Positions 13,170 through 26,387 of a stretch of DNA of 64,000 bases are shown piece by piece. This DNA comes from Chiloscyllium plagiosum (lineage: Eukaryota): positions 11,906,543-11,970,542 of the forward strand of contig NC_057720.1 of NCBI RefSeq assembly GCF_004010195.1. Reading direction: 5' to 3'. Position 1 is the first letter of the stretch; the number at the start of each line of letters is the position of its first letter. Below the pieces are notes generated by a model. That model was not told the DNA's origin and searched no databases. It saw nothing but the letters and a program-made list of their open reading frames with translations. The position numbers were made by a program, and so were the translations under genes.

Positions 13170-14922
13170 CTTCCAGGAATCTGATAAACTCCCAGAGACT
13201 TGAGAACTACCAATGTAACACCGTTATTGGAAAAGGGATGGAGGCGATGAAATAGGCCAGTTAACATTTGTAATTGTGGAAAATGTTAAAGGATATAAAC
13301 CAGGGCATTTCAAAATACATAATTGGATCAAACAGAATCAGCAAGGCTTCACAAAGGGAAATCATGCCTTACAAATTTATTGGAATTCTTTGAGGTGATA
13401 ACAAGCAGGAGAAAGGGGAAGCAGTCACTGTAACATATTTGAATTTTCAGAAGACACTTGATAAGGTACCACACGTTAGGCTATTTGAGAAGGGAACAGC
13501 CCAGGTGTTGGATGCAGTACGGATAGAGAATTGACTAACCAATAATAGAGTTGGGATAAGGGCATTTTCAGGAAGGCAATCCTAAACTAGTCAAAGGAAT
13601 CAGTGCTGGGTCTTAACTGTTTACAATATACATTAATGACTTGGATCAAGAGAGAGTGAATGTACTGTAGCCAAGTTTCCAGCTGACACAAAATTAGGTT
13701 GAAAGGCAAGTGGCAAGAATGATACCAACAGTCTGCAGAGGGATATAGACTAAGCAAATAGGCAAAATCCTCACAAATGGAATATAATGTGGGGGAAAAA
13801 ATATGAGGTTATATGCACCTTGGAGGGAAGAACATAGTAGCTGAATATTATTTCAATGGAGCAAGACTGCAGAAATCTACAGAACAATGGAACCTGGAAG
13901 TTCTGGTGTATGATTCATAAAAAGCTAGCAGCCAAATTCAACAGATAAGGGAAGGCAAACATCCTTTATTCCAAAGACAATGATGTACGAAAGCAGGGAG
14001 GCTTTACTAAAACTCTACAGGGTATTAATCAGCTCACAGCTGGAATACTGTGAATACTGAAATACAGTTTTGGGCCCCTTATCTACAGGAAATGGAAGGA
14101 AAGCTAAATAATGATTTTGTGACTGTCTTCACTGTCCCTTCGGCCCAACAAATCCACACCAACTCTCCGAAGAGTAACCCATCCAGACCCATTTCCCTCT
14201 AACTAATGCACATAACACTATGGGCAATTTAGCATGGCTAATCCACCTAACCTGCACATCTTTGGATTGTGGGAGGAAACCGGAGCACTCAAAGAAAACT
14301 CACACAGACTGACAGAGGGAGAATGTGCAAACTCTACCAAAGACAGTCGTCAGAGGCTAGAATCGAACCTGGGTTCCTGGCGCTGTGGGCTAACCACTGA
14401 GCCACCGTGCTGCCCAGAAGGATGTATTAGCACTGGAGGCAATTCAGAAAAGGTTCAGAGGTGATACTGGGATAGAGGGACTGTCTTATGGGGGAGGCTG
14501 AGCAAGTTGGGCCGGAACTCAAAAATTTAGAACATTAAAGATGACCTTATTGAGACCAACAAGATTCTTAAGGGGCTTGATAGGTGAGATGCTGAAAGAT
14601 GTTTTCCCTTGTGGAAGAGTGTTGGACCAGACAACATAATCTCAGAATTAGGGGCTGTCTGTTTAATACAGAGATGAAAGAGAAATTTATTCTCCCAGAA
14701 GGTAGTGAATCTGTGGGGATTGTCCACCAGATGGCTGTCATCGGGGATGGCTCATTAAACATAATCAAGGTTGAGAGAGTTTTTCAAATCAGTAAGGGAA
14801 TCAACGGTTATGAAGACGAGGCAGGAAAGTGGAAAGTGGAGTTGAGGATTATCAGATCAGCCACCATCTTATTAAATGGCAGAGCATATTCAATGGACCA
14901 AATGGCTACCGTGTCTTATGGT
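13170..14922 (+). mobile_element. CR1 RT to 3' end, degenerate
   Basis: tacattaatgacttggat, aagtttccagctgacacaaaatt, cagctggaatactgtg. Confidence 0.85.
14135..14415 (-). mobile_element. HE1-type V-SINE inside a CR1 fragment
   Basis: Reverse complement of the consensus. Confidence 0.85.
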
Positions 14923-16417
14923 CAATACTCTCGGATGTAGACCATTAGGTACTGTCAGTCTTCATTCATTTATCCAGTACATTTTTCTTAACATCAATTT
15001 ATTTCAGTTTCTTGTTCTCACTAGTTCAATGGATTACTATTATTCTGGGGATATTTCTTAAATCTTCCTCAGTGAAGACAGTCACAAAATCATTATTTAG
15101 CTTTCCTTCCATTTCCTATTATAAGTTTCTGTCTCTGGCTATAATGGATCCACATTTGCTTTTGCACCAATATTTTCCTTTTCACATTTCAATAGTTACT
15201 TTTACAGTCTTTTTTGGTCTCTTCCTAGGTCAGTCATATTTTATTCTCCTATTATCATTTTCACGAGACTCCTTTGCTGAATTCTAAAATGTTCCAGTGT
15301 GCTACTTTTTTGGCAACTTTATGAATCTCTTCCTTTGATGTTATACAATCTTTAACTTCCTGCTTGACTCACTTTCCTCTGGATTTTTGATTCTTAAAGA
15401 AATGTGTGTTTGTTGTAAGCCATGTATTACTCCGTTACACACTTCTCTACAATCTTGAATGTATTTTCTCAGTTTGCCGGACGGAACTTTTCCATCAGAC
15501 CTTGATTGTTCCCTCGGTTACATTGTAAACACGTGTTGAACTACACAGTTTACAAACTTAATGGAAAATTCTACCACATTATGGTCGCTCCTCTCTAAAG
15601 GTTGTTTTACAGCATGGTTATTAATTGGCCTTTTCTCATTGCAGAATACTTGATGCAAAATGGTCTGTTCCCTACTTGGCTCCTCACCACAACTCTAGAA
15701 ATCCACAGTACCAAGATACTCTTTACACATAATCAGTCTACATGTAGATTGAAGTCACCCATGATTACTGCACTACCCTTGTTACATACATCTTGAATTT
15801 CCTGATTTATATCTGGCCTTATGTTAGAGTCATAGATGTACAGCACGGGAACAGACTGTTCGGTCCAACTAGTCCATGCCAACCAGATATTCTAAGTTAA
15901 CCTAATCCCATTTGCCAGCACTTGGTCCACATCCCTCCAAACCTTTCCTATTCAAGTACCCATCCAGATGCCTTTTACATCTTGTAATCGTACCGGCCTT
16001 GACCATTTCCTCTGGCAGCTCATAACACACACGCGCGCACACACCATCTGCGTTCTTCCTAACCAAGATCATGTCTCATGAATATATTGATCCCATCCCT
16101 TATCAGTGCTACCTGACATCCTTTTGCTGTTTACCTGTCCTTCCCAAATAATGATACGCTAGAAGATTCAGTTTCTAGCCTTGGTTTCTAAAATTAGATC
16201 ATACCCATTTACTCCCATCTTTGCCGGAAACTATCCTGTTACCAATGCTGCATGCATTCTGATAGTGCCTTTAATTCTGCACTCTGAGCATTACGTTATA
16301 TTTTGACTCGATTTGATATTAACATTTGTTTCTGCTGAGTTCCACTTTCTTTTTGAACAGCCTTCCTGCCAAAGCTCTCCATTACTGGGGAGTTACTTTG
16401 CATCACATCTGAATCTA

Positions 16418-16595
16418 GGCAAAAGTGAGGACTGCAGATGCTGGAGTCAAGAGTGTAATGCTGGAACAGCACAGCAGGTCATGCAGCATCCAAGAAGCAG
16501 GAAAATCTGAAGGGTTTTTGCCCGGAATGTCAACTTTCCTGCTCCTCAGATGCTGCCTGATCTGCTGTGCTTTTCCAGCACTACAATCTTGACTC
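16418..16595. mobile_element. Palindromic family A element
   Basis: Inverted arms gagtcaaga...gcaggaaa / tttcctgc...tcttgactc around a degenerate core. Confidence 0.85.
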
Positions 16596-16638
16596 ATACC
16601 TAGATCTGTAGACTAACTGATAGTCACTGATTACAGGT

Positions 16639-16936
16639 TTAGATTAGATTCCCTACAGCGTGGAAACAGGCCCTTTGGCCCAACAAGTCCACACTGACCC
16701 TTCAAAGAGTAACCCACCTCTCCTCTGACTAATGCACCTAACACTATGGACAATTTAATATGGCCAATTCACCCGGCCTGCACATCTTTGGAATGTGGGA
16801 GGAAACTGGAGGAAACCCAAGCAGACATTGGGAGAATGTGCAAACTCCACACAGACAGCTGCCCGAGACTAGAATCGAACCCGGATTCGAGGTGATGTGA
16901 GGCAACCGTGCTAACCACTGAGCCACCGTGCCGCCC
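16639..16936 (-). mobile_element. HE1-type V-SINE
   Basis: ttagattagatt tail through gccaccgtgccgccc head. Confidence 0.9.
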
Positions 16937-17969
16937 TCAGGTTGTTCTGCTATAGCGCACGTTTCGTTCATGCAAATTGACAAATCGGGGACACTGTTTC
17001 TAAAGCGCAAACTTTTAAAGAGTCTTTTGGCTGTAATATGATTTAAGCACTGTTTCCACAACATGGTTTTTCTATAATGTAGGGTTGGACAAGAACGCAA
17101 CCAGCGCATTATAGAAGAACTACCTGGATTTATATTTACTCAACAACTCGCTATTATATCACAGGACCACGTCCAGGTAGACAGGTCAGTTGTTCTTTCT
17201 CATGTAGCAATGCTTGTGTACACAATGCATGTGTACACACACACACACTACACAAAGATACACACTTGCAGGTCAGCAATCAGATTTACCTCCCCCAGGC
17301 CTCCAACATCCAATTACTCAGTTGAAAGTACCAAGGATAAAACTATGTAATAATCTGCTAATTAAGTACAGCTAATTGAACTAGAGAACTACCCGCATAA
17401 GGATGGATCAGCTGCTCACCGAACAATCAATAAAGCTTGTGTGGGGAAAATTGGGCAAGGAGAACGCTTGGAAGCAAATCAATGATTTTCAGAGATATCT
17501 ACATCAAATACAAATTACAATAATGGGTACTTCCTAGGTCTGCACTTTAGTGATTGGTTTCTTTCACAGCCAATGTATGAATCAATGCCAAAATGCACCA
17601 TTCTGATATCTAGTTTGTGATATACTGCGAACATAAGTTTGCCAAATCAAGTGTGTTTAACATTAGAAATCTGTTCGAAAAACCAAATTTTGAAGTAATG
17701 AATGAATTCCAAGTTGGCCAAGGGGCTGAGACCCAAACAGACTTGAGGTCTGCTAGGCTCTAATGCAGTACCCAATTACACAGGTTCCATTTCTGAATCA
17801 CACATACTAAGAGGAAGTGTGTTAGCACTTCTTCAATCATTCGAGCATTGCACACAGACAGCACACATCCTTCTATGGAAACTACCCTGCAATTTCACCT
17901 TCCTCCACACCCCCTAAACGGTTTCACTCATTAAAAAAATGAACTGTGGAGGCACTCAGCCTCTGCTAG

Positions 17970-20235
17970 AGGGATAGAAAGAGGTTATAGAGAGGGAGCG
18001 ATAGGTTAAGTAAGTGGGCAAAAACTTGGCAAATGGAGCATAATGTGATAAAATGTGAAGTTGTTCATTTTGGAAGAGAGAACAAAAGAACAGTGAATCA
18101 TTGAAATGGAGAGAAACTGCAGAAAGATGCAACACAGAGCCACTTGAGGGTACTTATGCACAGAAAGACAAAGCTAGCACACAGGTAATCAGGAGGGTTA
18201 ATGGATTGATGGGCCTTATTTCAAGGGGGTTGGAGTATGAGAGTAGGGAAGTCTTACTGCAACTGTACAAAGTGCTGGTGAGACCATTCTTGACTACTTT
18301 GTGCAGTTTTGGTTCCCCTTATTTAAGGAAAGATGTTATTTCATTGGATGGCTGTTCAGAGAAGATCCACGAGGATGATCCCTGGGATGGAGCGATTATC
18401 TCATGAGCAAAGGTTGAACAGGTTCGGACTCTACTCACTGGATTTGAGAAGACCGAGAAGTGATCTCATTGAGACATACAGGATTTTTAGGGGCTTGACA
18501 GAGTAAATGCTGAGACGGTGGTGAAGCAGGTGCAAGGGGCTGAAAGGCCAACTCCTATTCTTGTTTCTTATGGTCTTAATAAGTGCTCAACTGGTTGTTC
18601 AAGATCTTGGAATCCATTGTGAAGGATCAGATTTCTGAATACTTTCAAGTGTATGCTAAAAATAGGGCAAAGTCAACATGGCCTCATCAAGGGGAGGTCA
18701 TGCCTGACAAAGGTGAGACAATTCTTTGAGGTGGAAACGAGCAAGTTAGACCAAGGAGAGACAATGGATGTTATCTACCTGGACTTCAAGAAATCCTTTG
18801 ACATGGTGCCGCACAGGAGGCTACTGAGTAAGGTAACGGCACATGGTCTTAGAGACAAGGTGCTAGCATGAATAGAAGCTTGGTTGCCTGGCAGGAAGCA
18901 GAGAGTGGGGATAAAAGGGTCTTTTTGAGGATGGTAGCCAGTGACAAGTGATGCTCCGCAAAGCTCAGTGTTAGGACCATAACTTTTCACTTTTGTGATG
19001 CTGCTGCTCCTTTAACTAGATTCTGTTCTCCTTGCTTTTTTCCCCCAGAAGGGTCGTAAACGCACAGTCTGGGAGGTCCAGGTTTCAAGTGTTTGAATGG
19101 CATCATTAAATTGGGATAATCTGTTAGGTTAAGTTATTCTACATTCTGTTCTCTTTGTTTGGTAATCATTCAGTATCTTGCAAATAAATTCTGTTTTGTT
19201 TAAGATCAAGTTGTGCCAGCTGCATCACTCCTGGAATATCCACCTTACACCTGCCTAAAATAACTTGTAAGTTAAGGTCCAGGTTACATTCTTGAAATGT
19301 TTTGAGGAGGTTTGGTCCATAATACTTTATACATTAATGATCTAGATAAAGGAACAGAGGGCATTCTGAGTAAGTTTGCAGACAATACAAAGATACATAG
19401 AAGAACAGGTAGCATTGAGGAGGCAGGGAGGCTGCAGAAGGATTTGAGCAGGTTAGAGAGTGGGCAAAGAAGTGGCAGATAGAATATAACATGGGAAAGT
19501 GTGAGGTCATGCACTTTGGTAGGAAGAAGAGGGGCATGGAATATTTCCTAAATTGGGAGAAAAATTCAGAAGTTTGAAGTGCAAAGAGACTTGGGAATTC
19601 TAGCCCAGGATTCTCTCAAGATAAACTTGCAGGATAAGTCAGTTAGGAAGGGAAATGCAACAATGGCATTTATTTTGAGAGGACTTGAATATAAAAGCAG
19701 GGGTGTACTTCTGAGACTCAATAAGGCTCTGATCAGACCACACACAGAATAGTGCAGAGAGTTTTGGGCCCCATATCTCAGGAATGATGTACTAACCTTG
19801 AAGCGCGTTCAAAGGTGGTTCATGAGAATGGTCCTAGGAATGAAAAGCTTAATATTTGAGGAACATTTGAGGACTCTGCGTCTATACCCAATGGAGTTTT
19901 GAAGGATATGGGGGGGGGGGGGGAAATACAGAATACTGAATGACCTGGACAGAATTGATCTTTCCTTTGGTAGAAAAGACTTGGACCTGAGAGCACAGCC
20001 ATAGAGATAAGGAGAAACTTCTTCAGCCAGAGAGTGGTGAATCTATGGAACTCATTGCCACAGAAGGCTGGGGAAGCCAAGTCATTGAGGTATATTTAAA
20101 ATGGGTTTTTGAGTGTCAAGTGGATCAGGGATACGGGGAGAGAGTGGGGTCGAGAAACCGATCAGTCATGTTTGAATGGCAGAGCAGACTCAATGGGCTG
20201 AATGGCCTAATTTCTGCTCCTTTGTCTTAGTATCT
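17970..20235 (+). mobile_element. Two CR1 LINE fragments, the second interrupted by a solo LTR
   Basis: SQHGLIKGRSCLT, DVIYLDFKKSFDMVPH, LYINDLD, KFAD motifs. Confidence 0.9.
18994..19324 (+). mobile_element. Solo-LTR-like element with 4-bp TSD
   Basis: Starts TGTGA, ends ccataata, TSD cttt, internal AATAAA. Removing it restores the CR1 frame FTLYINDLD. Confidence 0.8.
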
Positions 20236-21126
20236 TACAGTCATCCAAGGTTACAGAGCAAACATTGGAAAATGAAATTAGAGTAGCGAGATCTTGATGA
20301 TACAATGGACCCAATATGCTGTGCTGTGAAACTCTCACTATTACAGAGTTACTACTAAGTCTGTATCCACAGCTTTTCAGGCAACGAACTGCAAATCATT
20401 CCAACAGATCAACATGTAAACAAACATTCTCATCTGCACCCCAGTACATCAGCCACAAACTTGTCCCCAAACCAAGTCTAAGTTGTTTAAGAAAATTTGT
20501 AAAACCCAAAGTAATGACCCTTGGGAACACCTTGCTAACCACCTCCCAGTCAGAAGACCATCCGTTCACTTCTTGTTACTAATTTAATTCCATTGCCCTC
20601 CAGCCACGTTCTCCTTAACCTCATAATCTTCCCATCTTCTTTATACGTCTCCTGTGCTAACTTCCAGAGTTTGAGTTTAATAAATCCACGCTGGCTCTCC
20701 TTTATTATCCCCTACCTTTCCAAAAAAAAGTTAATTTTACACCTGATAAAGTTCTCCAAACATTTTCAACTGGATATATACTATGAGAATTTCACACTCC
20801 CTTACGATGTTTTATCAAAAATGCCAGTGACAGTGCTGCACTGTCCAGCCAAACTTCAGTGTCCAAGCTTGGAAATATTTGCAGCCAACCCGACGTGCGT
20901 GCCAATTACTGCAGCCAATTCACATGCTTTTGCTAACATTTGGGGCTGTTCCTCTAGCAGTGAACTAATATTTGCAACCATTCGCACATTCTTATGTTTG
21001 GAACACACTGTATCCAGGGAAGTGATTGCAGTTACATGACTAACATGATAGAGTAATTTATTAAGAATTAGCATAAGAGGCAAGCCTTAGTGCAAATGAC
21101 ATTAATGACATAATGTTAAAGAATAT

Positions 21127-21330
21127 TGTCTGCGTGGGTTTCCTCCGGGTGCTCCGGTTTCCTCCCACAGTCCAAAGATGTGCAGGGTCAGGTGAATTGG
21201 CCATACTAAATTGCCCGTAGTGTTAGGTAAGGGGCAAATGTAGGGGTATGGGTGGGTTTCGCTTTGGCGGGTCGGTGGGGACTTGTTGGGCCGAAGGGCC
21301 TGTTTCCACACTGTAATATAATCTAATCTA
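21127..21330 (+). mobile_element. 5'-truncated HE1 SINE
   Basis: Nearly identical to 60208-60410. Confidence 0.9.
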
Positions 21331-22914
21331 AGTGAAATGCTTTTTTCTTTAGTGCGTACACAGTACAAGCAAGTAAACAGAGTCAGAGTTTTACAACCAA
21401 CACCTTAGGGAGATTACTTGGTCGCTTACTCCATCTGTTGGAGTTTGCCTGCGTACAGGTTGACTGCCATGTTTCTTACAACAATGGGAACGACAGGTAC
21501 AGTTCAAAATTACTTCAAAGCACCAAGCATTTTGTGATTTCCCCAAGGTACAAAAGGCAACATACAAATCTCCCATTTCACTTAACATTAATTTTCAACA
21601 ACTTTCTGGCAGTCCTTCTCATGTCTCCTTGTCGAACTTGTAAAGCCACTTTATTATCTCACTTTTAGTTTCTTACCAACTAATTTGGTGACAAATGTTT
21701 AGTCTACACTCATCGGACTTTATAAATGCACTTACGCTGCATGCTCAGTATTTTACTTTAAAGCCTTCTAAGCAATCACCCTTTAAGTGTCAAGCAGAAA
21801 AACATTTTCTTTTGACCTGGAGTCAATTTCTTTTACAAGAATCTAGTCATATATGTACATTTCTGCTAGCAAATGGCAAGCGTACTCAAGGTGGCCTCAG
21901 AATGTACGAGGGGCACTTTAACTGAGGGTTAGGTAAATTTCACAGCTAGATATCAGAACCATGCGCTTCAGATTTTCTGAAATAAATGCTGTGTGGGAAC
22001 CAACGGTGCTAGAGTTTGAGGTGCTGCAGCATTCTCTATTGGTGCCAATAAAGCTTGTAGTGGGAAGAACAGACAAAAACAATTTCAGTTAATACTTGTG
22101 TTGGAATTTCAAAGCTTTTTTTTAAAACTGAAACAGTAGCACACCACTTATATAAAAATGCAGCTGCAATAGGGGAGAGAATGGCAATGCATTGCCAGCG
22201 GTGCTGAGCTCATACAAAATGTCTGTAATATATTTGTAATGCCAACTTTCAAAACACTACATCTTACAGGGAATAAACCATCCTTTTGATTGCGTTCTCG
22301 GGTGTGATTTTATCAGTACCTAGACATTCATATCAAAATGACAAATTTGTAAACCTCAAAGCCATAGATTCATTGCACCACAGCAGGTGGTCATATGGTC
22401 CTCTGACACTCTGCAGTACAATACAATTATCTGATTCTCCTATTTTTTACCTGTAATCCTGCAAATTTAGGCTCCCTTAAGTATCCATTCAATTTATTTT
22501 GAAATCATTTGTCATCTCTGTTCCAAATGCATTCAATTCCATCTCTTTATCTGCCCCTTTTGTTAACCCATATCCTGTTACAACAAACTAATATCATGCA
22601 CACTGTATGCCACATCTCCAAGTTCCACAAAGGAAAATTTTCAGATTTTATACTGTATTCCAAAAAGCAATAATCTTAGCTGAACCTTGAGTGAACACCA
22701 CTGACTATTCTCCCCCAGTCTGAAACACACAATTGCCATGACTCACTATTTTCTGACCTTAAGCAATATTTTTATCATAACTGACAGACTGTCTGTGCTA
22801 TGAGCCTGCATTTTGTTAACAGGCCTTTAATATAGTACTTTGTCAAATGTTTTTTTAACATCTGTACAGACTGCATCCTCCGCATTCCCCTCAATATTCC
22901 TGATGTCAGGGGTT

Positions 22915-23226
22915 AAGATTAGATTAGATTCCCTACAGATTCCATACAGTTTGGGAACAGGCCCTTCGGCCCAACAGGTCCTCCAAAGAGTAACCCACCC
23001 AGACTCTTGTTAATGCACTTAACACTATGGGCAACTTAGCATGGCCAATTCACCTGACCTGCACATCTTTGGATTGTGGGAGGAAACAGAAGCACCCGGA
23101 GGAAAACCACACAGACACTGGGAGAATGTGCAAACTCCACACAGACAATCACATGAGGCTGGAATCGAACCTGAGTCCCTGGTTCTGTGAGGCAGCAGTG
23201 TTAACCACTGAGCCACCACGCTGCCC
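22915..23226 (-). mobile_element. HE1-type V-SINE
   Basis: Consensus match. Confidence 0.9.
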
Positions 23227-24580
23227 TTAACCTTATACCTAACCCTTAACTAACATCACTGATAGAGATGATCTAATCATTATCTCATTGTTGCTCATGG
23301 GAGCACTAATTAACTGCCATAACTGCTACACAACAATACTGACAATACTTCCAAAAGCCCTTTATAACTTGCACAATGTTTTGGGATATGATTGGGATTA
23401 TAAACATTCAAGTCCTTCCATTCTGAACAGCATCTATGTCACCATGGGTAGACCATAAGATATAGGAGCAGAAGGGGGCCAATTAGTCCACTGAGGCTGC
23501 ACTGCCATTCGATGAGATCATGGCTGATCTGATAAATCCTCAAGCCCAATTTCCTGCCTTTACCCATGACCCTCGATTCTCTTCCCCATTAAAAATTTGT
23601 CTCTCTCAGCTTGGAACACACTTCTGTGATAAAGAATTCCATAGATTCATTACCCTCAGAAAGAAATTCTTCCTCAACTCTGCCTTCAACTGGTAACCCC
23701 TTATTGTGAGATTATGCCCTCTGGTCGTAGACTCTCCCATGAGAGGAAACAAAATTTCCACATCTATGGAGGTACTATGTGCATTGCTGGCTCATTCCAA
23801 AAAAGTGAAAACCTCTACCTTGGTCCATTGCCTACCAACTGGCTACCAAGGCAAGATCACTCAATATAAGAAAAACTCGCTTCAAGTTACATACCACTGA
23901 GGTGTTGGATTTTGTTTTAAAATATGATCAAAAATGCATTTTCATTATATTTACTCATTGCATCACTTTTCCACCAACACACATACAAATCTTGTAAACG
24001 AATTCTTTATTATGTAGCAGAACTTGGAGAACATAACTTGCCTCAAATATAAATAAAAGGAATAATTCTGGAACACCACTATGCACTTTGATTTCATACT
24101 AACTAGTTTGGGGCCTTCATTATTCCAGCCAAGAATGCACTGGTATAAAACAGTATTTGTCACATTAAAACCAAGAAAAACAGAGCTCATATTGTCTTTC
24201 AGTAATCTTCACATCCATAAACACATCCTGATCTTTTCAATAATAACCAATACAATCTCTCCTTTTAGTCACATTCCACAAGATGGACTCAGGGACAAGA
24301 TACTTGCAGTAAATCATTATCAAAGCACATTCATTGCTTTTCAATGGTTCTGCAGCTTTTGGATTAATATGATGTTGCACTTTATTCTGCCGTCAACAGA
24401 GCAATTGCATGCCCCGCTATCTCTAGGAACTCAGCCTGCAGGTTATCCTGCATGCAGTGAGCAAATTGCTTTGGCACTGATATCCTGCCTGCAAACAGTA
24501 AGAACAATAAAATCTGTGACAAATGATTGCGAACACTTGTCAAGAATGCTTCAACCAAATTCCGTTCCTCCAAAACTTAC

Positions 24581-24605
24581 TTGGAACCAGCACGGTTTAG
24601 AGGGA
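24581..24605 (-). other. Candidate 25-nt cassette microexon (frameshifting)
   Basis: tgcctcctctccctgtcatttcgcag|TCCCTC...TTCCAA|gtaagt, 114 nt after the large-exon donor. Confidence 0.5.
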
Positions 24606-24719
24606 CTGCGAAATGACAGGGAGAGGAGGCATGCATTGAGAGAACAGATAAAATGTGACATTTCTTTTTGTTCCTTTTGTGAAACAAACAGATGTTACGG
24701 TTACCATGGTTACACATAC

Positions 24720-26206
24720 TCTTTGTTGTGTTTCAGTGCCACATGATCCGATTCAAAGTAGTACACATCAGGCTCTTCCTCCTCCTCCTCTCGAGATTGC
24801 TGGCTGCTGCTCTCCCTGCTCACGGACAAGCGTCCTCTGTCTGAGCCACGCTCTTGAGAAGGTGAGTCTGGCACACTGCCACTGAAACCTTCTCCAGGCC
24901 CGTCCTGGGGCAGCTCTCCTTTAGCCTGAGAGTTGCCCTCTTCCAATTTCACACAGTGCTCAATGTCTGCAGCCACTCCTGCCCCTCCAGTCTTTTCACA
25001 TTCATGAAGACTGAGAGATTTGTCTTCTGCCTGCCCACTGTCCCTGGGGGGCGAACTTATCTTTTGAGAACTGCACTTGTTACCTGCAGCCCTTCTGGGT
25101 GAAGTTCTCAGTGCATATCTGTGTTCTTGAGGTTCAAGCAAGGGACCAGGTCCAGAGTCCAGCACTGCAGAAGGGTCAGGCACCCCTGAGATCTGTTCAA
25201 CGTCCTGAGCAGCATCAATACTGCAACTGGCATTTTCAAAACACTGTTCCTTTGACTGGAACAAACTATATCCCACAACGTCAACCTCTTCCTCAGATTC
25301 CCTGATTTGCAATGGGTTTTCAGTTGCTAGGATTGTGGTAGATTGTTGCGACACAGAGTGGCAGTCACTTATCGTCCTGTCGTCTTCCCACTCCGAATCT
25401 GTAGAAGGCACATCAGGCTCTGAGCAGGTGGCCGCCTTACTGCCATTAAGCAGCAGCGAGTGGCCACCCAAATTGCGGTTTTCAGTTTCTGTTGGTAAAA
25501 TCGACGCACACGTATCAACAACATCAACACATTTTGGTTTACTGTTCAAATCATGAGGTTCACACTCATTGCACTCCACAGCAACAGCAGCATCTTTCTC
25601 ACTGATCCCATTGGCAGCCTGGTGAGCCGACACCTCCTTCAGCAGCGATGGGTCGTCACATCCGTCATCCAACTCGTTCGCCTTTTTGATCTCCCTTTTG
25701 TCACAATCATCCAGTAAAAGAAAGCGTCGAGCTCGTTTGAGCTGTGACAAGTCCCCATCATTGTTTGCAGCAGAGCCTTTTCGCTCAACTGAAGCCTTTT
25801 CATTTTTAACAAACGATGACGTATCATCTAGACCATCCGCGGATTCTGAGCGGGAGCATCGTTTTACCCGCTTGTAGACAGGCAGTATTGGGTCACAAAT
25901 GTCCAAAGCTTTCTTCTCGTGGTTATCCTTCTCAGAGCACGACAGTCCCCTTTTTCTAGGACTCACCCAGGACTCGCGAGTGTGGTGCTGTTTGCATTCA
26001 GTAACCTTACCACCATTTACACCCTTCTGTTGCGGTACAGCATCCTGTTTCTTTTTTGGAGATCGCGACCTCAACTGAGGGAAAGGGGAGGAGTCGTCAG
26101 GGTGAACTATACTCCGATTCCTCAAAGTTCGCCCACAGAAATTTTCATCCAAGCCATTTGAACCAACAGACGATCTTGTAACACGCTGGGATCGAAAAGC
26201 AGCCAT
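24720..26206 (-). CDS. zzz3: ZZ-type zinc finger-containing protein 3 (ATAC subunit), first large coding exon (N-terminal ~495 aa)
   Basis: The 498-aa ORF has motifs I recognise from vertebrate ZZZ3: MAAxRSxRVTRSxVGxNGLDExFCGRTLRNRSI, RESWVSPRKRGLS, SEEEVDVVG, EPQEHRYxLRTSPRRAA, PDVYYFESDHVALKHNK. Donor AAAGA|GTATGT at 24720/24719 (phase 2) is where ZZZ3 continues HNKD-YQRLL. Acceptor ttctctcttgtattctcaag|G at 26269/26268. Confidence 0.97.
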
Positions 26207-26220
26207 ACTATGGCAGATCC

Positions 26221-26268
26221 CTACAATATCACCATCATGCTTCCCTCATGAGCATCAGTGAAGACAAC
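26221..26268 (-). CDS. Putative uORF last coding segment (VVFTDAHEGSMMVIL*) at the 5' end of the large zzz3 exon
   Basis: Reading phase 0 from the acceptor at 26268 gives 15 codons and TAG at 26223-26221, 14 nt before the zzz3 ATG and in a different frame. Confidence 0.65.
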   Translation of the reverse strand, partial: VVFTDAHEGSMMVIL

Positions 26269-26387
26269 CTTGAGAATACAAGAGAGAAAGAATTAGGCCA
26301 GGTAGAAAAAAAAAATCAAACAAATTAAGTGCAAATACCATCCAACTGCAAAATGACTTTCATCAAATAAGGTATAGTTTAAACTGG

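Noticed and set aside
1..24580. Next zzz3 coding exon (expected YQRLLQTIAVLEAQR-like)
   Set aside because: Not found by eye or in the ORF track; it probably lies beyond the left edge of the window.
24081..24746. 221-aa plus-strand ORF
   Set aside because: Antisense to the zzz3 intron/exon boundary with no recognisable motif; likely chance.
26204..26223. Fusion of the uORF to ZZZ3 using the stop TAG as an alternative acceptor
   Set aside because: Splicing to 26220 leaves 14 nt before the ATG, which is out of frame with ZZZ3.
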